A stretch of DNA of 62,057 nucleotides, counting the filler, from Stramenopiles sp. TOSAG23-3 (taxonomy: Eukaryota), in NCBI GenBank assembly GCA_900128585.1. It is 24 parts of 24 records of this genome, joined end to end, with 100 filler letters (N's around TTAATTAATTAA, not from the genome) between each part and the next. Parts side by side here need not be neighbours in the genome. Positions count along the whole stretch, not along the records: positions 1 to 2,505 come from LT644769.1; positions 2,606 to 5,110 come from LT644770.1; positions 5,211 to 7,715 come from LT644771.1; positions 7,816 to 10,320 come from LT644772.1; positions 10,421 to 12,922 come from LT644773.1; 19 more parts are not named here. One strand, written 5' to 3'. Shown here piece by piece: positions 1 to 10,841 of this stretch (the first letter of the stretch is position 1; each line of letters starts with the position of its first letter). Under the pieces are notes generated by a model. It saw nothing but the letters and a program-made list of their open reading frames with translations. It made no database searches and had not been told where the DNA came from. A program made the translations under genes and the position numbers.

Positions 1-98
<98 letters not shown>

Positions 99-161
99 GT
101 ATTCTACATGCTTTTCTAAACATGACATTCAACGCGTTTCAATAGGAACGCAGCGAAGCCC

Positions 162-188
162 AAAAATGGCTTTCATCAAAGCCACACA
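162..188 (+). promoter_or_regulatory. Histone mRNA 3' stem-loop
   Basis: AAAAAT-GGCTTT-CATC-AAAGCC-ACACA: 6-bp stem, 4-nt loop and A/C-rich flanks, 70 nt after the H4 stop. Confidence 0.85.
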
Positions 189-653
189 ATCAAAGATCAA
201 AATGAAAGAAATTCATCGCTCGGCGTCTATTGTATAAATCCTCGAACCTCATGTTTTCTCTCTCTTTTTTTCCTTCGAACAGCCGACCAAGCGAAAACCA
301 CTACTACTGATAATTAAAAAAAATGAAGGGCGGCAGCTGCTTTTTCCTCCTCTTCGACTGTTATAGATTATTACAGCCAAGTACGAAGAGCATCATCGTA
401 GATAAGGACTGCATTGTACGTTTTATAAAACACGTTCTTAATTTTATACAGTAATAACAAGCAATATGTGACACTATATGATTAAACAAGTTAATAACAT
501 TCCTTATTTGTTTTTGAATTTTTAAATAAGTTTTCATTTAATTTGTTCTTTATTTTCTTCACTGTGTATATGTTAAAAGTAGTTTAATTCCAACTGGTAT
601 TTTATTCTCAATCTTCTTCTTTCTAGACTGGTGGTATTTGCCCCCTATGTTCC

Positions 654-782
654 GTTCCTTCTTCTTCTTCTTTCTTCTTCTTTCTTTCTTTCTTTCTTCT
701 TCTTCTTTCTTCTTCTTTCTTCTTCTTTCTTCTTTCTTCTTCTTTCTTCTTTTCTCTTCTTCTTCTTGCTCTTCTCTTCTTA
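654..782. repeat. (CTT)n/(CTTT)n compound microsatellite
   Basis: Pure pyrimidine tract seen directly. Confidence 0.95.
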
Positions 783-1064
783 ATAAGACTTCTCTTTTTT
801 TTAATTTTATTACTTTTATTATTATTTATTATTATTGTTTTTTTTTTTAAATTCAATTCAACCGTTGCAATCGATATATGAAAGGTAAATGATTTCGGGA
901 AAAAAAAAATGTAATGAAAACGATCCGATAGGAATGTGATACACTCATTCGTTTCGTTTATTGGTTTATTCGTTCGTTCATTAATCCATTCTATTGATTT
1001 GGCTTTCTTTTTGTGACCGAGCTACAGTAGAGTAACCGCCGAGCAAAAGTTAAATATAGACGCC

Positions 1065-2318
1065 ATGTCGGTCCGAAGGGAAGCTGGCATTTCAACCACT
1101 GCGAACGATCGGTGGGTCGGCCCTGCCCCCGTTGTCGAAGTAAATTCAAGATTGGGCCAATCGAAAGAGGAAGAGGAGAAAACCAGTGTGGACATTTGGA
1201 AGATTTCAACGTCTGCCAATGCGAAAGATAGGGGCAGCGCCTCCCCGGCAATCCCCGAGCCAGCCGCGAGGCTGTCCCCGACCGGGTCTGGGATTTCGGT
1301 CCGAAAACTGCCGGCCCCGTCGTTCACGGCACTTCGGAAAGCCTGCCATTTTTACGAACTCAAGTGCTCGGGAAAGTACTCGTCGAAAACTCCGGCTGCC
1401 AGGTATCTCTTTGAACTTTCCCGTGAAGTTCAGAGCCAATTAGTATCCCTCGAAAAAAGCGACGCGGCGAAGATGAGGCGCATAGGATTCCTGGAAAGCC
1501 TCGTGAAAGAGTGGGAGGACGTGTTCGGTTCCCCGACCGACGACGATTTGCGTAACTTTCAGCGGGGCGACTCCAAGTCCACGATCATTTCGCCGGCGGC
1601 GCTCGCAACGTTGCTCCGGGAGCAGCAGGGAAAAATCGTCGAGTTAGAGGGTGTAATCGAAACGGCGAGGCGGGAGAAACAGGAAGACCTTGCACGGTTC
1701 GAAGGGGCGGTGAACGACCATTTTAAAATATCGCGGCAGCAGTACCTGCTGGAGGTTCACAGAATAAAGAAAGAGTACGATGACGAGGCTGCCACGTTGC
1801 GGCGCACGTTGAACGAAGAAATTTCGATTGCAAAGCAGGAGCGGAAAGAGATGAAGAATAGCCTGTTGGAGGAAAAGGAGAGGGCGATCGCGGAAGCTGT
1901 CGCCGACATCGACCGGCGGGTACAAGAAGCGACAAAGAAAGGGATCGACAAGGCAAAGGACGAGAAGGCGTTGGGCCTTGCCGAAATCCACAACATTCGG
2001 CAGGCGCTGCAACTGGAGCGGATACGAATAACCGCGGAGCTGGAAAAGAAAGAGTCGCTCGTGGACGACGCCATTCAGCGCGTGAATCGGCAGCACGAAA
2101 TAGAATTGTCCCGGCTAAAGTCCAACCACGCAAAAGCGGTGGCCAAGGCGATCGAAAGGGGTAGGAGTAAGGAGAAAGCCACCAGCACCAAGGTGTCGAA
2201 TCTTCGGCTAGAGAACGATTGGCTCAGAAAACGTGTGGGCCACCTGCAAGGGATCGTGGAAGCATTGCAAGAAGCGTCGGCGGTCCACCTGGAAGGCTTC
2301 GATGAAGAGGCGTACTAA
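1065..2318 (+). CDS. Coiled-coil protein of unknown function
   Basis: 417-aa ATG ORF, GC-rich against AT-rich flanks, with an E/K/R-rich helical C-terminal two-thirds. Confidence 0.8.
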   Translation: MSVRREAGISTTANDRWVGPAPVVEVNSRLGQSKEEEEKTSVDIWKISTSANAKDRGSASPAIPEPAARLSPTGSGISVRKLPAPSFTALRKACHFYELKCSGKYSSKTPAARYLFELSREVQSQLVSLEKSDAAKMRRIGFLESLVKEWEDVFGSPTDDDLRNFQRGDSKSTIISPAALATLLREQQGKIVELEGVIETARREKQEDLARFEGAVNDHFKISRQQYLLEVHRIKKEYDDEAATLRRTLNEEISIAKQERKEMKNSLLEEKERAIAEAVADIDRRVQEATKKGIDKAKDEKALGLAEIHNIRQALQLERIRITAELEKKESLVDDAIQRVNRQHEIELSRLKSNHAKAVAKAIERGRSKEKATSTKVSNLRLENDWLRKRVGHLQGIVEALQEASAVHLEGFDEEAY

Positions 2319-2373
2319 AGGAGAAGGAGGAAGCGCAACCGCAATGCGGCATTTATATACATATTATATAAAG

Positions 2374-2505
2374 AACAAGAAAATTGGCTGTTATTTAAGT
2401 AATTAAATTTAGCTTCCTCATACCCTATCCTAAATTGATTCTGTAATTTTGTTTCGTTGTTGGTTGTCAATCACCGAGGGGATGATATAATTTCCAATGA
2501 ACAAT
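2374..2505 (+). repeat. Dispersed 3'-associated repeat, degenerate internally deleted copy
   Basis: AACAAGAAAATTGGCTGTTATTTAAG ... CCCTATCCT ... TTTCGTTGTTGGTTGTCAATCA ... AATGAACAA, colinear with the copies at 39037 and 61647. Confidence 0.7.
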
Positions 2506-2605
2506 NNNNNNNNNNNNNNNNNNNNNNNNNNNNNNNNNNNNNNNNNNNNTTAATTAATTAANNNNNNNNNNNNNNNNNNNNNNNNNNNNNNNNNNNNNNN
2601 NNNNN
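2506..2605. other. Artificial contig spacer (first of 23)
   Basis: N44-TTAATTAATTAA-N44 (stops in six frames). Contigs start at 1, 2606, 5211, 7816, 10421, 13023, 15624, 18223, 20821, 23419, 26017, 28611, 31203, 33794, 36382, 38969, 41552, 44135, 46714, 49292, 51868, 54441, 57014 and 59587. Confidence 0.99.
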
Positions 2606-2642
2606 GAATTATTTTTTTTATTAATTTATTTTATTAAAAATC

Positions 2643-2714
2643 AACAAGAAAATTGGGGCTGTTATTTAAGTAATTAAAATTTATATTCCTCATGTACCGC
2701 GAAAATGAATCCTG
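2643..2714 (+). repeat. Dispersed 3'-associated repeat fragment
   Basis: AACAAGAAAATTGGGGCTGTTATTTAAGTAATTAAAATTTATATTCCTCATGTACCGCG matches 2374 and the reverse complement of 35917-35938. Confidence 0.7.
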
Positions 2715-2788
2715 CTCCTTTTGTCCATTAAAGGTTTACGTCCCTTCATGTACTGCGAACTAAAAATTTATTTTTGTGAGTTCTAAGT

Positions 2789-4453
2789 TTAAACTACCTC
2801 ATCGTCTATGCTTTCGAAGAAATAGCATTTCCCTGACTTTCCATAACTAGCATAGAGATTCCGTTGGGGGTGCCTTGTAAAGCCTAGTACATTCGCCCCA
2901 TCTTTCACATTCAGTACACTTACCATGTTCCCAGACTGGATATGGAAGGAATATACAAACCCGTTCATAACGCCGTGCACCATGGTCTCCAAGTGCGAGA
3001 CAAACATGTTGGAAAACGTCGCTGCGTCGCTGCCCCCCTCGTTCGCCTTGACGCCGTAGCGCTGCCGCACGTTTCCATCCAAACCGAGGAGATTCATCGT
3101 TGACGTGCGGTTGCAGACCAAGACACTGTTCTCCGACCGACGCTTTTTCAACGGCACGACTTTCAGGACCGCTACTTGGCGGACCGTGTCGGGCGTCAGC
3201 CCATTCCCTATTGAACGGGAATGCCTGGTTTGGGCGTCCCATACGCATATTTTCCCGTCAGATCCGCCGCTAATAATAGTGTTGTCCGTCTCACCGAACG
3301 CTGCAGAGTTCACAAACGATGAATGGCCGAGGAACTCGTTCAGCATGTTTCCTGACTTTCTTCCCCAGAGCCGGACGGCGTGGTCCAACGATGCCGTTAA
3401 GATAGTCTGCCCAGCGCCCGACACCGCGACGGAAGTGATTGCCCCTGCATGGGCCCCAGCAAGCGACTTTTCTACCACCCCACGCGTGGCATCCCACAAG
3501 GTCAGCGTTCCATCTTTCCCCCCCGTCGCGAGAAGAGCCTCGTCCCTTGACATGGCCATGGACTGGACCGGGGAGTGGGCTTGGAGCATGAACTTTTGCT
3601 CGTTTTGGTAGGCCAGGTCCGTCGTGTGCTTAAAGGTGATGGGGTCAAAAATTTCGATGAGGCCATCCGTACCGCCGCAAACAAAGTACTTTCCACTCGG
3701 GGAGAACAGCGACACAAGGTGTTCGCACTTTCCAAGCTTGATCTTCCCTACTTTTCGCTTTGGGGGAAGCTCTACTGCAGTAATTTTCTGGACGACCTTG
3801 CGCCCGGTAAATATGTTGAAGCGGGACCCTCCGTCCTTCGGGAGGAGGCCAAGGTACTGTTGGTGCTTGAGCGCGCTCGCAAACATGGACATCATCCTGG
3901 AGGAGGGGACGACAGCGAGCTGTTTCTTCAGCTTGTCCGCTAGCTCGGCTCGCCGGGACAGCTTCAAGCTTCGCCCGTTCACCAGGTAGAGCCCCGGACG
4001 GTCGAGTTTGTACGCGTGGGCTTCGTCAAAGTTGTACACGAACGCTATCATTCGTCTATATTTCTTCGGGTTGTCCTTTCGCAGAACGTCCAGGTCCTTT
4101 GAGCCTTTCAAAAATTCAATCGCCTGGTCCGTAAACCCGGAATCTGCCATTTCCCATGCGATCTGCCCGTACAGTTCGTACGCAAGGCTGCTGGAGAGTT
4201 GGTAGTATGCTAGCTCGGCGACGGCGAGGACCCACTCCCCCTCGTTGATGTAACCGGTAAGTTTCTCTATCGTAGCCTCCGAGGTTCCAGAGAGCCTAAC
4301 GCCCGTTTCTTCAATAATTTTGTTTAGGCTGCCGAACAGCTTGTTCTCAACCATGAACTGTTCCATGGCTTGGATGACGTCAACGGCGTCCACGGACAGC
4401 TGGTTCTTTCCGGCCGGAGGAGCCACTGCGGCGTCCACAGCATGCTCGGCCAT
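2789..4453 (-). CDS. SMU1: WD40 spliceosomal protein SMU1
   Basis: LisH/CTLH-like N-terminus, VVPSSRMMSMFASALKHQQYLGLLP, DLAYQNEQKFM, KSGNMLNEFLGHSSFVN. First in-frame ATG is 4453. Confidence 0.9.
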   Translation of the reverse strand: MAEHAVDAAVAPPAGKNQLSVDAVDVIQAMEQFMVENKLFGSLNKIIEETGVRLSGTSEATIEKLTGYINEGEWVLAVAELAYYQLSSSLAYELYGQIAWEMADSGFTDQAIEFLKGSKDLDVLRKDNPKKYRRMIAFVYNFDEAHAYKLDRPGLYLVNGRSLKLSRRAELADKLKKQLAVVPSSRMMSMFASALKHQQYLGLLPKDGGSRFNIFTGRKVVQKITAVELPPKRKVGKIKLGKCEHLVSLFSPSGKYFVCGGTDGLIEIFDPITFKHTTDLAYQNEQKFMLQAHSPVQSMAMSRDEALLATGGKDGTLTLWDATRGVVEKSLAGAHAGAITSVAVSGAGQTILTASLDHAVRLWGRKSGNMLNEFLGHSSFVNSAAFGETDNTIISGGSDGKICVWDAQTRHSRSIGNGLTPDTVRQVAVLKVVPLKKRRSENSVLVCNRTSTMNLLGLDGNVRQRYGVKANEGGSDAATFSNMFVSHLETMVHGVMNGFVYSFHIQSGNMVSVLNVKDGANVLGFTRHPQRNLYASYGKSGKCYFFESIDDEVV

Positions 4454-4859
4454 GATTTTTTCTCTCCAACCGGGTGTGGTCGTTTGGAATGTGGTAGTAG
4501 TACTCGCAGGAGTGGGTTCGCGAGAAAAGAAAGGACGGCAAGAAAGCAAAAAACAAACCGAACCTATAGATCTGGCGTTGAATTGTTACTGTTGCGAAGA
4601 AAGAGCCTTGCCTTTCAAGAAGGAATGCAGTGTACATAGTATCCTAAATTATTAAGACTACAGGAATATTTTATTTCTTCTTCTTCTTTTCTACCAGTAC
4701 TATCATTATAATAATAAAAAATATACGACGAGGAGAGCAATGATGATGAATAATAATAATATGGTCTCTTCTCAATGGTTCTAACTTTTTTTTTTAGTAT
4801 GATTAAGAAGTATTCTTCTTCAAAAAAAGTATTTGAGTATTTTAGTTTGGTATGATGGT

Positions 4860-5110
4860 TTAATGTTCCCCACCAACTTTATATTCGTCGGGATATTTCG
4901 CAATGTGCTCATGCAATTCTGCCTCTTGGTCAATCAAACTTTGCGGCTTTACATCATACACGTCTGTAAATAGTTCGTCCAGTTCTGCTTTCGGTTTTGT
5001 TTCTGCTTCATTTAATGCCTTCAGCACACCCATTCGCTCTTCGTCCATCAGTTTCGTTTGCTGTTCTTCGCTCCACCACCCTTTTTTCTCCATGTAACCT
5101 CGCAAACGAC
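4860..5110 (-). CDS. BCKDHA: Branched-chain 2-oxoacid dehydrogenase E1 alpha, C-terminal fragment
   Basis: RLRGYMEKKGWWSEEQ ... AETKPK ... LFTDVYD ... QEAELHEHIAKYPDEY. Confidence 0.9.
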
Positions 5111-5212
5111 NNNNNNNNNNNNNNNNNNNNNNNNNNNNNNNNNNNNNNNNNNNNTTAATTAATTAANNNNNNNNNNNNNNNNNNNNNNNNNNNNNNNNNN
5201 NNNNNNNNNNGG

Positions 5213-7715
5213 AAAATCATTAAAGACCACGGTGACCTGAGCGCGAAGAAGTTTCAAACCGATAAGCGAGTGTACCTTGGGGCCTTGAAGTACCTCCCAC
5301 ACGCGATATACAAGCTGCTCGAGAACATGCCGATGCCCTGGGAGCAAGTCAAAGAAGTCAAAGTGCTGTACCATGTGACCGGGGCGATCACGTTTGTCAA
5401 CGAAATCCCCCGTGTAATCGAGCCGATCTACCTCGCGCAGTGGGGGACCATGTGGGTGATGATGCGCCGAGAAAAGAGGGACCGGCGGTTGTTTAAGCGC
5501 ATGCGCTTGCCGGCGTTCGACGACGAGGAGCCGCCCATGGATTATGGCGACAACATTTTGGACGTGGAACCGTTGGAGCCGATATGGTTCGATTTGGACG
5601 AAGAGAAGGACAAGGCTGTGATAGAATGGTTTTACGACGAGAAACCATTGGCCGACGAGCCTAGCTGTGTGAACGGGCCCAGCTACAGGAAGTGGCGGCT
5701 GCCGGTCAACGTGATGGCGAATTTGCACCGCTTGGCGGATCAGCTCCAAGGGGACATCAACGATGAAAACTACTTTTATCTTTTTGACAAGAACACATTT
5801 TACACGAGCAAAGCGTTGAACCTGGCCATACCTGGGGGGCCGAAGTTCGAGCCTTTGTTTCAGCAGGACGAGTTGGAATCGGACGACTGGAACGAGTTCA
5901 ACGACGTCACCAAAATAATCATCCGGCGCCAGCTTCGCACCGAGTATAGGATTGCATTCCCTCATTTGTACAACAGCCGCCCGCGCCAGGTTTCGGCAAT
6001 GCTGTACCACGCCCCCGCGTCCTGTTTTATCCGAAACGACGACCATAGTTTGCCGGCCTACAATTTTGACCCTCTGTTGAACCCGATAAAGAACATTCGC
6101 AGGTCCGCCCGGACGAACACGATCGACACGACGTACGATGATGTCGATGGCAAAACGGGCAGGTCGGAGGACTTCGCGCTGCCGGATGATGTCGAACCGT
6201 TCCTATCCACGTCGCCCCTGTTTACCGAGAACACGTCAGAGGGGATCAACTTGTTGCACAGCCTGTACCCCTTCAACACCCGCTCCGGGAAAACGAGGCG
6301 AGCCGTTGACGTTCCGCTGGTTAAGCGGTTTTACCAGGAACATTGCCCCAGGAACTTTCCAACAAAAGTGAAAGTTAGCCACCAGAAGCTGCTGAAGAAA
6401 TGGGTTCTAAACGAACTGCATAAGAAACCAGTGCCACCCCACAGTAAGAAGAACCTGCTGCGCTCGTTGAAGATGACCAAATTTTTTCAGACGACCACCA
6501 TCGACTGGGTAGAGGCCGGCTTGCAGGTTTGTCGCCAGGGGCACAACATGTTGAACTTGCTGATCCACAAGCGGGGGTTGACCTACTTGCACCTGGACTA
6601 TAATTTTAACCTAAAGCCTGTGAAGACGCTAACGACGAAAGAGCGGAAGAAGTCTCGATTCGGCCACTCGTTTCATCTGATGAGGGAAATTCTCAGGCTT
6701 ACGAAGATCATCGTGGACTGCCACGTCCAGTTCCGCTTAGGAAATGTAGACGCTTACAAACTGGCAGATGGGCTGCAGTACGCATTTGCGCACGTTGGCC
6801 AACTGACGGGCATGTACAGATACAAGTACAGGGTGATGAGGCAAGTGCGCGCTACGAAGGATTTAAAACATGTCATATACTATCGCTTCAACACGGGGCC
6901 AGTCGGAAAAGGCCCAGGCGTTGGGTTTTGGGGCCCAGGCTGGAGAGTGTGGATATTCTTTCTCCGGGGAATCATTCCGTTGCTAGAACGTTGGCTGACC
7001 AACATGCTTGCCCGGCAATTTGAAGGGCGCCACAATCGGGAAGGCCAAACCGTGACCAAACAGCGGGTAGAAAGTCAGTTTGACTTGGAACTGCGAGGCG
7101 CGGTCATGCACGATATTTTAGACATGATGCCAGAGGGAGTTCGTGCAAACAAAGCAAAGACCATCTTGCAACATTTGTCAGAGGCGTGGAGGTGCTGGAA
7201 AGCCAACATCCCATGGAAAGTTCCTGGCCTGCCAGTCCCAGTAGAAAACATAATTCTCCGCTATGTGAAAGCGAAGGCAGACTGGTGGACAAACATTGCC
7301 CACTACAACCGAGAGAGAATAAAGAATACACAAAATGTTGACAATGTAGTAGTGAAGAAAAACGGTGGCCGCTTGACTCGCCTATGGCTAAAAGCCGAGC
7401 AAGAGCGACAGCACAACTACCTGAAAGACGGACCGTACTTATCCACCGAAGAAGCCGTTGCAATTTACACGACCACCGTGCACTGGTTAGAGAGCCGCCG
7501 CTTTGCGCCAATCCCGTTCCCCCCACTGTCGTACAAACACGACACCAAACTGCTGATACTCGCCCTCGAGGGCTTGAAAGATAGCTACTCCATCAAGTCA
7601 AGACTGAACCAAGAGGAGAAGGAAGAGCTGGGGCTTGTAGAGCAAGCATACGACAACCCCCATGACGCACTTGCCAGAATAAAACGTCATCTCTTGACCC
7701 AGCGCGCGTTCAAGG
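5213..7715 (+). CDS. PRP8: Pre-mRNA splicing factor PRP8, N-terminal part (truncated at both ends, intronless here)
   Basis: [86 protein letters not shown]. Confidence 0.98.
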
Positions 7716-7916
7716 NNNNNNNNNNNNNNNNNNNNNNNNNNNNNNNNNNNNNNNNNNNNTTAATTAATTAANNNNNNNNNNNNNNNNNNNNNNNNNNNNN
7801 NNNNNNNNNNNNNNNTGTTGATTTATTTATTTATGTTAAGTTCCCCCCGCCCCCCCCCCCCCCCCCGCTTCAGGTTTGAAGTTTAATGCTGTACTGTAAT
7901 CGATGCTCACGGGAAG

Positions 7917-8075
7917 ATGCTGATCCTCGTGTTCTTCGCCATATGGACGGCGCTTGCCCACGCCGGCCCGCACGCCGGCTGCTCGGGCGACGCTGACTGC
8001 AACTACAACGGCCGCTGCGTCGACGCCACGTGCACGTGCGATCCGCAGTTTCATGGATGTTATTATGAATGTTAA
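7917..8075 (+). CDS. Small secreted EGF-like peptide (52 aa) or truncated gene
   Basis: MLILVFFAIWTALAHAG signal peptide followed by CSGDADCNYNGRCVDATCTCDPQFHGCYYEC*. Forms a GC-rich island. Confidence 0.65.
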   Translation: MLILVFFAIWTALAHAGPHAGCSGDADCNYNGRCVDATCTCDPQFHGCYYEC

Positions 8076-8199
8076 CGTAGGAATTACGAGAAGTAAAAGA
8101 AAAGCAAAAATTATATTATCATATTAATAATCATCATATACTTCGTAATACACACATAAAATATGTATTTTTTGAAAAACGTTCATTAATTCGCACTCG

Positions 8200-10122
8200 T
8201 CATGCAACTTCAAATTCACCATCCTCATTGAACGTCTGGATTTTCTCTTGTTTCTTCAACAAACTGTACCCTCGAATGGTTATGTATTCAGGGACGCCAG
8301 CGCCACTGGCTTTGCCGTCCGTGTACAGCGATTCGTGCAAGTGCCCATCGTTTTTAACAGTTGCATCGACGACAACAGTAGCTCCCACGGTGCCTGTTTT
8401 CAAAACAAGTGCCCCATCCAAGTCCAATTTTTTTACGACAAAGGTACCCGGGCCAGAGAGGACAAGGGTCGAGCGGCTAGAGATTTTGACCTGTTCGGGG
8501 TCGACAAAACACTTTCGCAACGAAGCCATGGACTTTGAAATGGAAGGTGAAAGAACAACATGGGGCCATTCCATCGTTTCAATCGTATCGGACTCCCCGT
8601 TCGGCCCCGGCCATTTTTTGTGCAACGGTGCCCCAACGACTACACCAGCGGCGATTAACATTTTCGCGTTTGTCGCGTAGAGGTCGGCCTCCCCAGAGGC
8701 AGCACAGGACGGGTGGGTTCCAGCACGCTGCTTTTTGGCGGCATCCACGACATTGTTCTTCACAGGCGAATAAAATCGCATGGGTTTCCGCAGTTCCTGG
8801 ATGGCCCTATCGGTGTCCTGCATGCCAGGGATGGTTTCGGCGCAACGGTCCTCTCGGTCCTTCCCCAGCCCATTCCCAATTATGGTCGTGAAGCCAACAA
8901 GAGACTCGCTGCCGAACATTCGCGGAAGGTCTTGCATCATACATTCCAGACGAGTGGGCTTTTTGAACTTTGTCTTCGCCTCGTCCGCGTACTTTGGGTT
9001 GACGAACTCTGGGACAAGGCCTTCGGTCTTGTCCAACGTAGACACGTAGTCATCTACCCGAAAAAGGAGCTGGTTCATGTTCCCAGGGTACGGGCTGAAG
9101 CCATCTTCGCCGTTGACATCCCCGTCGGGGTGACCACTGGCCCTCAGAAGAGGGTCCAGTTGGTTGTATTCAACATTTGTCGTTATCGACGTCCCATCCT
9201 CTCGCCGCAGACGGCAGATGGCGCCCATGGCTTCCTTGGCGCCCCGGGATCCAGTGATCGAGTTTGCCGAGAAGTTTTCTGTTACCGCCACGCCAAGCGC
9301 CGCTAGAAGCGATCGAAAAACAAGGCCGTTCGTATCCTGAAAGAACAAAATGTACTTTCTTCCTTCTGCCAACCACTTGTGGGCAGTCCCAGACGAATGC
9401 AGCAAGTAGTGCACGTCGCCATGCCCGTGGGGTTTCGTCTGAATGGAGTAGATATCGTCCGCCGATCGAGCAATCGCCCCGGCATCGTTTTCAATACTTG
9501 CAACCTTCTCTTGCTTCAGCAGGGTAATTTGGCCCTTTTCCATTCCAAAGTACCCGTTCGTTTCCAGAAGTTCCACCGTTCGGTCATGTGTATCTCCGGA
9601 CGTCATCATAACAAGCGGCAACGGTTTCGTCGCCTTCGTTGCCCGCTGCAACGCCAGGATGGAGTGTATGTAAAGCTTGAGGTAGCAGTCCTCCGTGGTG
9701 ATCTCTGAAGGGAGGGCTACCTTTATCCCGCTATACCCCAACCGCTCCCCCAGCCCGCCGGCTACTAGCACAAACGCGAGGAAGGACGCGTTCTGAAGCC
9801 CGACCTGCTCCATGTTGTTGTATTCTTCTGAATCAAAATGCAACGTTGCACCACTTGGAATCTCTGGAACAAAGCCTTCGAAAGGGTTATCCCCGCGTTT
9901 CGAAGCTTGTAGCAACCGCTTTGCTTGGTTGACATACGCTACCAAACCACCCGGATAGCCGTCTTCTAACTTTTGTATTTGATCAAAAAAGGCCTCGACT
10001 TTATCCTCTTCTGCTAGGTCCCAGCCTTCAAACAGGTGGGTTTGGCCCGCACCCACCAACAAGGAGGTCAACGCCCCCCACTTCGCATGTTGCTGTAACG
10101 TACCCACTACTGACTTTGCCAT
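8200..10122 (-). CDS. USP: UDP-sugar pyrophosphorylase
   Basis: FVLVAGGLGERLGYSGIKVALP, TKPHGHGDVH, FFQDTN, NVEYNQLDPLLR, FKKPTRLECMMQD. First in-frame ATG is 10122. Confidence 0.95.
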   Translation of the reverse strand: MAKSVVGTLQQHAKWGALTSLLVGAGQTHLFEGWDLAEEDKVEAFFDQIQKLEDGYPGGLVAYVNQAKRLLQASKRGDNPFEGFVPEIPSGATLHFDSEEYNNMEQVGLQNASFLAFVLVAGGLGERLGYSGIKVALPSEITTEDCYLKLYIHSILALQRATKATKPLPLVMMTSGDTHDRTVELLETNGYFGMEKGQITLLKQEKVASIENDAGAIARSADDIYSIQTKPHGHGDVHYLLHSSGTAHKWLAEGRKYILFFQDTNGLVFRSLLAALGVAVTENFSANSITGSRGAKEAMGAICRLRREDGTSITTNVEYNQLDPLLRASGHPDGDVNGEDGFSPYPGNMNQLLFRVDDYVSTLDKTEGLVPEFVNPKYADEAKTKFKKPTRLECMMQDLPRMFGSESLVGFTTIIGNGLGKDREDRCAETIPGMQDTDRAIQELRKPMRFYSPVKNNVVDAAKKQRAGTHPSCAASGEADLYATNAKMLIAAGVVVGAPLHKKWPGPNGESDTIETMEWPHVVLSPSISKSMASLRKCFVDPEQVKISSRSTLVLSGPGTFVVKKLDLDGALVLKTGTVGATVVVDATVKNDGHLHESLYTDGKASGAGVPEYITIRGYSLLKKQEKIQTFNEDGEFEVA

Positions 10123-10841
10123 ATCTTCTATTGCGTACACTTTTCACACTGGTATATTCAAAGTTTGTTTGGTTCTTCAATATAATCCAATTCTGTATCT
10201 TTCCTAGCTTTCTGTTCAAACAGTGTTGGATCGATTGTTATTTAAAATTGTTATGAAAAAGATCAATCTCTCTCTCTCTTTCTTCCTGTCTTTCTTCCTG
10301 TCTTTCTTCCTTTCTTTCTTNNNNNNNNNNNNNNNNNNNNNNNNNNNNNNNNNNNNNNNNNNNNTTAATTAATTAANNNNNNNNNNNNNNNNNNNNNNNN
10401 NNNNNNNNNNNNNNNNNNNNTTCCTATAGCATGCACACAGTGAAGAGCTTCGCGTTTGGTGCGACTGGAGAAAAAACAAGAAGGAACTAACAACAATGCT
10501 CTTTCTGCCGTTGCCTGCCGCCTGTTATTGCCTCTTTCTTCACACTACGTATTATTGCACGTTAATATTATTCCCTATTATCTCCCTATTTGTTGTTTGT
10601 TGTTGTTTGTAAAGTTCTTCCCCCGCCGCCCTGTTGAGATAGAAATGTTTTACATTGAGGTTGAGACCATAACCAGTTAGGCCGAAACGAAGTAACTTGC
10701 AATAACAGACTCAAATTGTCCACACAGATACATAATCGGCCCTGTACGAGATACACAGCAAACAGAGGAGCATTTTCAGGAGACGAAACAGCAAGCACAC
10801 CGGCGAATGAAAGGCAAAGCTTGTTAGAAGTTGTGTCGACG

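Noticed and set aside
623..856. K/E/R-rich and F/S/L-rich ORFs (also 20491, 21078, 56642, 61814)
   Set aside because: Translations of microsatellites or AT-rich low-complexity DNA.
2506..2605. Regularly spaced TTAATTAATTAA palindromes every 2.6 kb or so
   Set aside because: Artificial linker between length-sorted contigs. The periodicity is not biological.
2374..2714. Similar sequences either side of the first spacer suggesting contig overlap
   Set aside because: The copies differ and diverge after TTCCTCAT. They are separate members of the dispersed repeat.
2789..7715. Apparent splicing-gene cluster (SMU1 near PRP8)
   Set aside because: The genes are on different contigs, so adjacency is an artefact of concatenation.
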